DNA of 45,261 nucleotides from a bacterium (GTDB lineage Bacteria; Margulisbacteria; Marinamargulisbacteria; SXXA01): NCBI GenBank assembly GCA_018402095.1, contig JAGYJO010000001.1, positions 1 to 45,261 of the forward strand, read 5' to 3'. Shown piece by piece: positions 1 to 8,545 of this stretch (position 1 is its first letter; each line of letters starts with the position of its first letter). The notes under the pieces were generated by a model. It saw only the letters and a program-made list of their open reading frames with translations, ran no database searches and was not told where the DNA came from. The position numbers and the translations under genes were made by a program.

Positions 1-1489
1 TGATGTTGTCAGTATTGAGTGTGTTGGACTGGGAGATGGCTTGGCCGAAGGCACTGCCCATAGCGCCGATGATCTCGGTGTTGGCAGATGCATGACGGGC
101 CAACCCGATATCCGCGATGAGATCCGTTGTGAGTGGTCTGTGTTCGTAGATACGGGATACGCTGGCGGTGGCCGCCTCGGTGATGGGCGTGTCTGTCGCT
201 AGGATGCCGACATTTTGGAGTATCGCCATTTCGATATGGTCTAGAGTTGGCCGTGGTTTGTTGTTTTCCACGGCATCGAGATAGGTGGCTATAGTTTGGC
301 TGTGATTTTGGAGTTTTTGGAGTTTTTGACTTTCTTGTCCAGTGCCCAGTTTCTTGTAGGCCATTTGGAGCTGTTGGAATATTTTGTATAGCTCGTTTTC
401 CTGTTTTGTGTCTGTTTTTGCTGCTTCGGCCATCTCTCCGAACGGGCTGGTCTCTGTTGCCAGTGCATCCCTAAAGGTCTGATAGTCGTTGATGCCAGTC
501 GTTGTGATAGCTGTTAGGACGGCTGGTTGAGGGTTTTTATCTGTCGCGACGTGCTGTGCCATAAACATGAGACAGCGTTCTGGGGTCATCGTTTCTGAGG
601 ACACAGGCGCATTTTTATCGAATAGCAGTCCCATTTGGTCTAATTTCGCCCGTGCTGCGGGGATCAATTGAGTTGCATCTTGCGATATCACGGGTGTCCC
701 ATTAGCTACAAAAATTTCCTTTTCCATGGCGTTTGTTTGTGTGAGTGGTGGCTGTATGGGGGTGGCTCCCTGAACCCGTGTATCGCTGATGTTGCTGAGT
801 GCGTTGCGGAGTAGTTCGACTTGTCCCAGTTTGTCACGGCGACTGGGTTCTATTTTCCGGGATGCGATTGAGATCCCCTCTTTGAGATCCCTGAGTTCCT
901 GGGTCAGCTCTTGTACAATGCGTGCTACTTTTTTATCTTCTTTGTTGACGTTTGGTCCATCGAGATCATAAATAGCTTGATCGATGCGTGCTTGCGCGGC
1001 TTCGATGTTGCCAGGTGTTTTGTTGTGCAAGAGTTTTTTTAGCGATAGTGGGTCACCAGCTTTTCCTAAGATAGCTTCCTCGTAAATCTGAACAACACCT
1101 TGTATATCTACCGACGCAGACGAGGCTCTAGATCTTCTGGTTTGTGCAAGCGATTCAGCAAACTCAAGGTGGTAGGCGAGGGTGTTGGTTTTGCCATCTA
1201 CTGTGCCGTCTACTTTGTTTGTCTGGTGCGTCTTGTTTGCGTCTTGTGCGGCCTCTTGTTGGGAAGAGGTTTTGAAATAGCCTTTGTGAGAGACTGTTTT
1301 GTCGCCGACGGTGGTGTTGCCGATGTCTTGTAGCTGCGCCGTAACGGCTGTTTTGATTGACTCAAGCTTTGGGTTTGTTTGCTGATTCAGGAGACCTTGT
1401 GCAGTCCCCAATGCATTGTTTCGGAGTGCGGTTTGGATCGGATCTTCCGAAAAACCCCAAGCACAAATCGAGGCTAAAAGAGCCGACAT
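1..1489 (-). CDS. Hypothetical ~500-aa protein (partner B). Only the 5' part is in the window; the gene runs off the window start. Paralog of 10396..12275.
   Basis: Hand translation of the minus strand from the ATG at 1489 stays open to position 1: MSALLASICAWGFSEDPIQTALRNN...LLHNKTPGNIEAAQARIDQAIYDLDGPNVNKEDKKVARIVQELTQELRDLKEGISIASRKIEPSRRDKLGQVELLRNAL... It is collinear with ORF 10616..11914 (TNRTPDTLKEAKTRLDQSIFDINGPPFKNSDNPKVARIARELTDVLTELKGHIDMASRKTEAGRRDTLGQVQQLRDAL). It is missing from the ORF track because there is no stop inside the window. No domain recognised. Confidence 0.75.
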   Translation of the reverse strand, partial: MSALLASICAWGFSEDPIQTALRNNALGTAQGLLNQQTNPKLESIKTAVTAQLQDIGNTTVGDKTVSHKGYFKTSSQQEAAQDANKTHQTNKVDGTVDGKTNTLAYHLEFAESLAQTRRSRASSASVDIQGVVQIYEEAILGKAGDPLSLKKLLHNKTPGNIEAAQARIDQAIYDLDGPNVNKEDKKVARIVQELTQELRDLKEGISIASRKIEPSRRDKLGQVELLRNALSNISDTRVQGATPIQPPLTQTNAMEKEIFVANGTPVISQDATQLIPAARAKLDQMGLLFDKNAPVSSETMTPERCLMFMAQHVATDKNPQPAVLTAITTTGINDYQTFRDALATETSPFGEMAEAAKTDTKQENELYKIFQQLQMAYKKLGTGQESQKLQKLQNHSQTIATYLDAVENNKPRPTLDHIEMAILQNVGILATDTPITEAATASVSRIYEHRPLTTDLIADIGLARHASANTEIIGAMGSAFGQAISQSNTLNTDNI

Positions 1490-1568
1490 TTGTAGCTACG
1501 AATATGTAAAATATGATTATTGATAATGTATTGAGTTTTTCATTTTTTTCATATAAAATGTAGCGACG

Positions 1569-3135
1569 ATGTATATTACCCGAACAAAAAAGACGGTGGG
1601 CAGCAAACAGTACCAGTCTGTACTGCTGGTAAAAAGCGTACGGATCAATGGAAGCCGAGACATAGGACGATTTTAAATTTGAGCCAATGGTCAACGAACA
1701 AGTGGCTGCGCTGGAAATTGCCTTGAAGGAAAAAGGGAATTGGGACGCTCGATGAGGTGACCGCAACGACAGAGAAGGGGATTGGCGGCGTGTTGGTTGT
1801 GGCCATTTGGCCAAGAAGCTGGGCATTACAGAGGCCCTGGAACGACGAAGAAGCGCGCTTGGCCATAAGCAATCGCGGGTCGATTGCTCACCCCAAGGAT
1901 CGCGGCTCAAGCGCGAATGGCAAAGATGAATGAGGTGGAGGCGTGTTTGGATGTGCCCCATTTTCAGAGATGACCTGCTTATAGCACGCTGGATTGGCTA
2001 AGCAAAAACCAAGCAAAGATTGAGGCCAAATTATTCAGAAACGATACGCAGATTCTGACAAAAAAACCAGCCTTGTTTTTGTGTGACATCACATCAGTTA
2101 TCTGGAGGTCGATAATGAACTTGCGAAATATGGCTATAACCGGGACGGAAAGAGGGTAACAATTGTCTCAGTTGTTGACCGACCAACGAGAGTGCCTGTA
2201 TCGATAGAGGTATTTGAGGAATCGATCTGATAGCACGACGGTGATAGAGCAAGTTAGAAAAAATGGCCAAACGATTTAAGGGTGACCGAACTTGTGGACG
2301 GTGGGAGATAAAAGGCATGATCAAGCGCACACAGATCCAAGCTAACCTGGAGAACACCCATTACATCACATCGATTACAAATGCGCAGATCAAGACATTG
2401 ATAGCACGAGGTGTTGTGCAATTGTCTTTGTTTGAAAAATGAATTGGTTGAGATTGAGGACAATGGCGTACGCTACATTTTGCGCAAAAACCCGATACGC
2501 GCGACAGAAATCAGCATTCACGGCAGTCTAGGATAGCCGTGATGCAGGGAGGCGATAGGCAAAGCCAATACCTATTTGGAGACGCATCCTAGAGCGAACG
2601 CGGATCTTCATAAAGAGAAGGTTATCAAACAACTGCGACGTTTTCATCTCCACTCGTTTGCTCCAGATTAGCCCTGACAAATCGTATTATTACACTAGAA
2701 ATTGACGCCCAAAAACAAGACGAGGTGGCGCAACACGATGGGTGTTTATGCGCTCAAGACGAATGTTTCCAAAGACACGTTGACCAAAGAAGCGGTACGC
2801 ACGCTACAAAGACCTCGCGGTAGAGTCTGCATTCCGAACGATCAAAACGGGCATGTTAGAAATCCGACCCGTCTACGTCAGAAAAGAATCCAGACACGGG
2901 GCCATGTCTTAGTGACGATGTTGGCCTATATGATTGCCCAATCCTTTTGGAATCGATCAAGCCACTTCAGCTCACCGCAACTGATGCTTGAGGTTATGTC
3001 TCCCAGCTCCAAACCATTCAGCTGTCAGTCCAAAGACCAACCTCCCTCCCGTTAAAATCCAAACCCCAACCCCTGTCTGCGCCACCATCTTTCCGCCCTC
3101 AATCTCAAAATCCCACAACCTCAGCTTTACGCCTA
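1569..3135 (+). mobile_element. IS1634-like (IS4 superfamily) transposase gene remnant, multiply frameshifted.
   Basis: The ATG at 1569 gives MYITRTKKTVGSKQYQSVLLVKSVRINGSRD. The reading then hops between frames: LFLCDITS / SYLEVDNELAKYGYNRDGKR..IVSVV...PVSIEVFE / NRSDSTTVIEQVRK / MAKRFKGDR..GMIKRTQIQANLENTHYITSITNAQIKTLIARGVVQLSLFEK / ELVEIEDNGVRYILRKNPIRATEIS / RGHVLVTMLAYMIAQ / ..LSALNLKIPQP. This order of motifs matches my recollection of IS1634-type DDE transposases. There are at least five frame changes plus in-frame stops. Terminal inverted repeats were not identified, so the element borders are unknown. Confidence 0.7.
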
Positions 3136-3235
3136 GTCACAGAAAAAGTTTTCTTGTGGCTATTTAACCTCAGAAATTTTATAGGGAAGATCCGTTGGAT
3201 ATCGGTGAGTGCCTTGTGTTTCTACGGCGTAAATC

Positions 3236-6200
3236 TCATTTCTGATCAGATTCCGGCAATTGATCCCCAGCGTTTGACCTGTTATTGCTGTCGGGGTACC
3301 CCAAAAATGTACCGGCTTCCAGTCTGTACCGGATATTGTTTTGTTTGGTGATGAGGTTATCTAGGCGCGGCTTGAGGTGGCTTTGGAATTCTGTTTCTTG
3401 TGCTGTGATATCAGCTGTGCGTGTTGTTTGATCTAGGCGTTTGGTCTCTGTATCGCTCATCTGAGTTGCATTGGTGTCTATAGCTGCCTGGATCTTGTCT
3501 TTGGTGAGATCTTCGGTAGGTACTTTTAATGCGAGATCTATGATTTTATTTATAGTGTCGAGTGAGCGGGTGAGCTTTCTAATGTTAGCATGCTTTTGCT
3601 GTTGTGCCTGATACGCTTCATCCGCAGTTTTGATATCCGTGTCTAGTGCCGTTTTCTTTGACTCGAGTTCAGCTAATATTTTTGTCTTGACTAAACTCTG
3701 CTTCGTGCTCTTTAGGGTATCGTTTTTTTCTTGCAGTGTAAGTTTGAGTTCATCGATGGGGGTTTGGGAAGTTTGTTGTGTTTGTTGATCAGAGTTAGGC
3801 TGAGGCTTTAACGCTTGTTTTTTGGTTTCTAGTGCGTCAATTTTTCCGTTTAGGGCATCTATAGCTGACTTTGTTTCCTGTGATATTTTATCAGTGAGGG
3901 CTCTACGTAGCTGAGTGATTGTATCTGCGTGATCCAATTCAACTTCTGCCGGAATAGCACTTATTTTATGAGGTAACTGAAATGGCGAGAGTTCTCTATT
4001 TTTCTTTGCACTCGCAATTAGCGGGGCACTTTTTTCTCTGACGAAAGCGGTAACCTCCAGATCAATTGCGTGGTTGATTTTCTGTCCAACTGTCTGAGCA
4101 TCTTGTAGTGGTTCTAATGTGAGCCTGAGTTTGTCTATTTGTGTTTGAAGTTTTAGTTGCTTCGTTGCTCTCGATATCTGCGTTTCTAGTTCTTGAATAT
4201 TCGTCTTTAACTGGTCTATTTCCGCTTCAGTAGTTGATTTGTCATGCTTGTAAGAGTCTATCTCTTGGGGAAGATTTGTATTTGTCAATTGCCGGGTTGC
4301 GTCTATCTCTTTCTGGAGATCTTTCATCTCATTTTTTGCGGCCTTTGTGCCCATCATTCCCATTAGGCTGGGCAACTTGCTGAGAACTGTTTCTGCTGGT
4401 GGGGCATCCAGTGCGGCGTCGGCGGCGATCATCGTGCTGATCCCTTTGTCCAGACGGGTACATGTTTGGATCATTTCTTTGAGGACGGCGAGTCGTTTGA
4501 TCTGTGCTGCGTCCTCTGTTTTGGTGTAGAAAACGGTGTCTTTGAAAGTTTGATTCGTTTTCATGAGTTCCAAGCGTGTACTTTGTATTGTTTGTCGTAC
4601 GGCTGTGATGTCTTGCTGATCTAGCTGCGTGCTGATCTTCTCCATGGCCTTTTGGAAGGCTGTTGCATCCTGGCTCATAGCGGTATGTATAGACGAATAA
4701 CCGTTGGGCATCGCCTGACTCTGGGCGTCATATTTATCTGCTTTGGCCTGTCCGTCGTGGGCCAAAAGTTTGACATGGTCTTGCAATGTGGTGGGTTTTG
4801 CTTTGTCTGTGTCGGCTGTGAAGGCTTTCAATGCTATGGCATACGACGATTTTGGATTGCTATTCACGGTCATTGGTGGGGTGAAGGTCCATTTGCGGAC
4901 GCCAAGATCGGCCGTGCTCAGATTGCTTGCGACTGTTGCTTTGAGGTTGTTGTGAATACCCTCGATGAGGGCGATACGGATGGTGAGTGCCAGTGGCTTG
5001 TCGCTTGTTTTGTCGAAGGTGTTTTTCAGTGTAGTCGCCGTGGAATAGAGTTCTGTGAGCGCTGCTGGCGTTGGTTTGTCGCAGAATCTATCGACGGCTG
5101 TGCAGAAGTCATATTCGGGTCTATCTGAATGATTGACCGCAATGGGGTGGTCTTTGAGCGCAGACAGTAGGCTTTCTGTGGATGTTTTGAAAGCGGTGGT
5201 GAGAAAATCTGAGCGTCTTGCATTCAACGCTGAGACCCACAATTTGTTGGCGGTTTTGGGGACTGTGATGTCCATTGTCATGGCTGTTTGTAGGGTTTGT
5301 GTGTGTGCGGCTTGGTCCATACTCTCCAATCGTGCGCCGATAGCGGTGCCCCATTGGGGGGTCTTTCGGATCATCTCTTTGACGTCGGTACGTCCGACGA
5401 GCGCACAGAGTTGGTCGTCGGTTGTTCTGGCGATGACTTTGCCATAGGCGGCGGGGTCATTGCAGGCGTCGGCGACGGACATGCTGAAGGCCAACATATC
5501 GGGAGTGTTTTCCTTAGGCTTCTTGTCCAAATGGGCGCAAAGGCCGTCGAGGAGATCTTTTTCGAATCCTTGGAATTGGGTTTGCCATTGTTTGTCGTGG
5601 CTTCCTCTCACTGTGCGCTGTAGCTCAGTGGCCCATGTACTGTTATTTGTGAGTTTGGCGCTGATGCTCTGGGATAGGCCATTTTTGACCGTGGTGGCGA
5701 GTACGGGATAGTCTTGAAAAGAAACGGTTGCTTGGTTTGCGAGGAGCGCGCTTCGCTGTTCTTCCACGAAAGGTGCATAGGTTTCTGGTTTGTCTAAGGG
5801 GTGTTGGTTGCCTTGTGGTGCCTCGAATTGCTTTAATTTCTCTAACTTGTCTGTCGTAGATAGTGTTGTAGAGGTCTCTAGTGCTTGGCATAAACCGTCG
5901 GGGTAGAGGTCTTTGATGATCGGTGTTGTCGCGGACATGAGGTCATCGCTGTAGCATGTGCTGGGTAGCGTGTGTGCTGTGTCAGCGTGGAGATAGGTGG
6001 CTACCGTGAGTTTTCCCAACGTGGTTTGGGTGAGAAACCGTTGTGTGTCTTGAGCGTCTGTTTGTGGACTTTGTAAAAACGAACTGTTTGCTAGCTCAGT
6101 GCTGAGAGTTTTGAGTGCCGTCTGAATCTCGGTTTTCATTGTGTCTTTGGCTAGCCCATTAGGGAGCTGGGCATACTTGTTTTCGATTTCCGTGAATCGT

Positions 6201-6442
6201 TCTTTTAAATCATGAAGGAGTGTTTGGGGAATAGTCGTGGAACCAGATGTAGCTGGTTGTAGTAGCTTCGTCTTGGCGTCATCGGTAATAAGGCCTATAT
6301 CGGCGCTGTTCCCTGTGAATTTGGGTAAAGAGTTGGGCGGCGTTTCTTCTGTTCCGGGACCATGGGCTACGGATGTCGGAGATGCGGCACCACCTTTTCG
6401 TGTTGCGCTGCTGCTTGATGCTGTGGCTGAAAATGAATTCAT
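3236..6442 (-). CDS. Large uncharacterised protein B (1068 aa from the preferred start): conserved N-terminal ~650-aa region plus a long C-terminal coiled coil. Paralog of 13082..15958.
   Basis: The ORF track gives 3236..6526. I prefer the internal ATG at 6442 (MNSFSATASS...). It is preceded by AAGGAG and a CCCCCAT leader nearly identical to the one in front of the paralog's ATG at 15958, and the paralog alignment begins there. The C-terminal ~400 aa are rich in Q/T/K/L/D/E in heptad-like runs. No signal peptide, transmembrane (TM) segment or catalytic motif recognised. Confidence 0.85.
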   Translation of the reverse strand: MNSFSATASSSSATRKGGAASPTSVAHGPGTEETPPNSLPKFTGNSADIGLITDDAKTKLLQPATSGSTTIPQTLLHDLKERFTEIENKYAQLPNGLAKDTMKTEIQTALKTLSTELANSSFLQSPQTDAQDTQRFLTQTTLGKLTVATYLHADTAHTLPSTCYSDDLMSATTPIIKDLYPDGLCQALETSTTLSTTDKLEKLKQFEAPQGNQHPLDKPETYAPFVEEQRSALLANQATVSFQDYPVLATTVKNGLSQSISAKLTNNSTWATELQRTVRGSHDKQWQTQFQGFEKDLLDGLCAHLDKKPKENTPDMLAFSMSVADACNDPAAYGKVIARTTDDQLCALVGRTDVKEMIRKTPQWGTAIGARLESMDQAAHTQTLQTAMTMDITVPKTANKLWVSALNARRSDFLTTAFKTSTESLLSALKDHPIAVNHSDRPEYDFCTAVDRFCDKPTPAALTELYSTATTLKNTFDKTSDKPLALTIRIALIEGIHNNLKATVASNLSTADLGVRKWTFTPPMTVNSNPKSSYAIALKAFTADTDKAKPTTLQDHVKLLAHDGQAKADKYDAQSQAMPNGYSSIHTAMSQDATAFQKAMEKISTQLDQQDITAVRQTIQSTRLELMKTNQTFKDTVFYTKTEDAAQIKRLAVLKEMIQTCTRLDKGISTMIAADAALDAPPAETVLSKLPSLMGMMGTKAAKNEMKDLQKEIDATRQLTNTNLPQEIDSYKHDKSTTEAEIDQLKTNIQELETQISRATKQLKLQTQIDKLRLTLEPLQDAQTVGQKINHAIDLEVTAFVREKSAPLIASAKKNRELSPFQLPHKISAIPAEVELDHADTITQLRRALTDKISQETKSAIDALNGKIDALETKKQALKPQPNSDQQTQQTSQTPIDELKLTLQEKNDTLKSTKQSLVKTKILAELESKKTALDTDIKTADEAYQAQQQKHANIRKLTRSLDTINKIIDLALKVPTEDLTKDKIQAAIDTNATQMSDTETKRLDQTTRTADITAQETEFQSHLKPRLDNLITKQNNIRYRLEAGTFLGYPDSNNRSNAGDQLPESDQK

Positions 6443-6849
6443 AATGGGGGAACTCCTTGTGACACGATGTGGGGATGCAACTTTTTGTTTAGGTTCGTGG
6501 ATTCGTTCATTCCCTGGTTGTGTCATGGTGAAACATCATAATAAACCCCAGTTATTTAAAACGAGGATAGTCCCATTCGAAATCAACCCTCCGTCCGCCG
6601 TGCAGAGCCATCGTCGGCCACCTCCCTTGGTTAGGGAGGCTTTTATACAAGAGCCCGAGGTCAAGCACCTGTAGTTCCCCCGTGTCATGCCTCTCTTTTC
6701 CAATCTCCGCACCGAACACTGTAGGGGCGTGATTCATCGCGCCCGGTTCTCAACCAAAATCACGCGTCACCCTGTTTTTCATCGTCTTGGTTTTCGTAGA
6801 GACGCACGGCCGTGCGTCTCTAACATATCGCGTCTCTGCGTCTTCGACA

Positions 6850-6957
6850 TATACCCATCCCAAAATACAATCCCCGATGAGGAGATCCGTTCCTCAGGAT
6901 GTAGTTATGGTATTCCTATACAGAAAGATGTGGGTCCTTATCTTTTGGGATCTTATT
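6850..6957. repeat. Degenerate copy of the TATACCC...GGGTATA MITE family.
   Basis: The left end, tatacccatcccaaaata, matches the left TIR of the copies at 16243 and 27766. The right end (atcttttgggatcttat) is only loosely similar, and the interior is divergent. Confidence 0.4.
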
Positions 6958-7699
6958 TTCCAAACAAAGGTACGAGAATAGGGGCGTGAAACACAAATGC
7001 AATCAACCATCCGATGATCATAGAGGGGCCAAATGGCATCTCGTCACGACGTCCTTTGCGGGCGCCTCAGTCAGTAGCCTTGGCAATACCGCCCACGAGA
7101 AACTCATATAGAGCGACACACCAAGAGAGACAGTCCCCACCAGGTGCCGATACCGGCGGCCAACATCATGTCGCCACACCCAAAGGTATCGCGTTTGTAG
7201 ACTTTTTTGCCAATGAGATTCATGGTCCACAGCAGCATGAAACCAACGATGTGCAGCCAGAAAGCTACGCAAAAAGTAGCCATCAAAGAGATGCCAAAGG
7301 GGGCCTGTCAAAATCAGGGGGAGGGTGAGCTTGTCCGGCAAAATATAATGGTCAAAATCGATGCAGAAGAGGGCCATGAGTACGCTGGCAAAGATACTGG
7401 CCTGAACAAAGGCCATGCTGGGCCCAAATTGATACCAAAACATGACAAACAATGCGGACATGGCGACCTCGACCAAGAGGTAGCGAAGGGGAATTCTGAC
7501 GCGACAAAAACGGCATTTCCATAGGAGAAAGACATGGCTGAGTACGGGGATCAGCGACGGCCATGTCAGGGTGTGTTTGCATTAGGGACAGCGAGATCGG
7601 CCGGTCCGACGAGGCGAAGTGGGAGTCTGTGGATGACCATATTGAAACTCCCCACGATGGCACCGGGATAGCGGTGAAAACGGTTGTTTCGATGTTCAT
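6954..7699 (-). pseudogene. pilD: Prepilin peptidase (PilD / A24 peptidase) remnant with several frameshifts.
   Basis: Family motifs are spread over three frames of the minus strand: GSFNMVIHRLP; CRVRIPLRYLLVEVAMSALFVMFW; CIDFDHYILPDKLTLPLILTG; GKKVYKRDTFGCGDMMLAAGIGTWWG; EMPFGPSMIIGWLIAFVF...GK-stop. At least four frame switches are needed to join them. Confidence 0.75.
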
Positions 7700-7793
7700 A
7701 GTAGTAGTGGCTCCTTTTTTCGTTTTGGTGATAATAGCTATAGTTTGAAATTCCACCCCCTGACCCCTCCCGGGGGTAATCATTTCCTAGGCA

Positions 7794-7877
7794 GGGGGGC
7801 TTGGGGGCCGTCCCCGAAAAAGAAACACCGCCTGCTCGCCTCCGGCGAGGCTGGAAGAGTTTTGAAAGGGCTGTCGC
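7794..7877. repeat. Hairpin-train REP-like element (family D).
   Basis: ggggggcttgggggccgtcccc gaaaaag..ctgctcgcctccggcgagg..gaaagggctgtcgc. It has the same module order as the copies at 21399, 43602 and 45185: a G/C hairpin, an A-rich linker, a ctcgcc/ggcgag hairpin, then a gggc..gccc hairpin. Confidence 0.6.
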
Positions 7878-7878
7878 T

Positions 7879-7950
7879 GGTCCTGGGGTTTCTCGAAGGG
7901 GTGGTCCCTGAGGTTTCTCGAAGGGTGGTCCCTGAGGTTTCTCGAAGGGT
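7879..7950. repeat. Three tandem copies of a 24-bp unit (ggtccctgaggtttctcgaagggt).
   Basis: Units lie at 7879-7902 (2 differences), 7903-7926 and 7927-7950. The last two are identical. Read directly from the sequence. Confidence 0.9.
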
Positions 7951-8545
7951 TCGATCCCCCTCCCTCTAGGAAGCGGTTACTCCCGAGGGAGCAATGAATT
8001 TCCTGAGGGCTGCTGCTGCAGTCCTAGCCCTCAGACTCCAAAAGTGGAATTAAACTGGGTTATGTCCTCACCAGAATCATAGCGTGGTGGCTCTGGTGCA
8101 TTTACAGAGGAAACTAGGCGTTTATTGCTTCTGGGCGGGGCTGGCGGGGAGAAGGTCATGTCGGTCAACGGAGATTGCCCTGCGTTTCAGGTCAGATGCG
8201 TGCCTACTCCCACTCGCAGAATGGCCACCTAATCGGGCATAAACCAGCCGAATAGAGTATTGTTCGGTTATGAGGTCTGGCACTAGCCTCTCAAATAGAT
8301 TAAGCCCGTTATCTTCTTCGTCTGATTTTTCTCCATCAACAAGGTGGCTTATATCCGTAAAATAATCCGAAGTGTGGTCGCCGAATATGTCCAGATTCTG
8401 TGGCAGGTGCTGGTGGTCTTGCAGGGCTAAAGCTTATGGGAGGGTGTCCTATGCCGCGAGGTGCCTCAAATGATACATCTTCTTCGTCTGATTCACCTTG
8501 ATAAACAAGGGGGTGCCACTATCCGAGTGTGGTAGCGGCCTAGTG

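Noticed and set aside
1569-3135. Programmed -1 frameshifting as the explanation for the split transposase frames, here and in the IS66 remnant at 25561..26985.
   Set aside because: At least five shifts plus in-frame stops would be needed in each gene. IS1634 and IS66-type transposases are not known to me to use programmed frameshifting.
4347-5711. Numerous 60-160-aa plus-strand ORFs inside the large minus-strand genes. The same occurs at 13429..15088, 9441..9632, 11382..11864 and 24062..24691.
   Set aside because: These are shadow ORFs antisense to long, paralog-supported genes. They have low-complexity C/V/G/F-rich translations, no SD sequences and no motifs.
7879-7950. Possible CRISPR array.
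   Set aside because: This is three directly abutting 24-bp units with no spacers. No other regularly spaced repeats and no cas genes are in the window.
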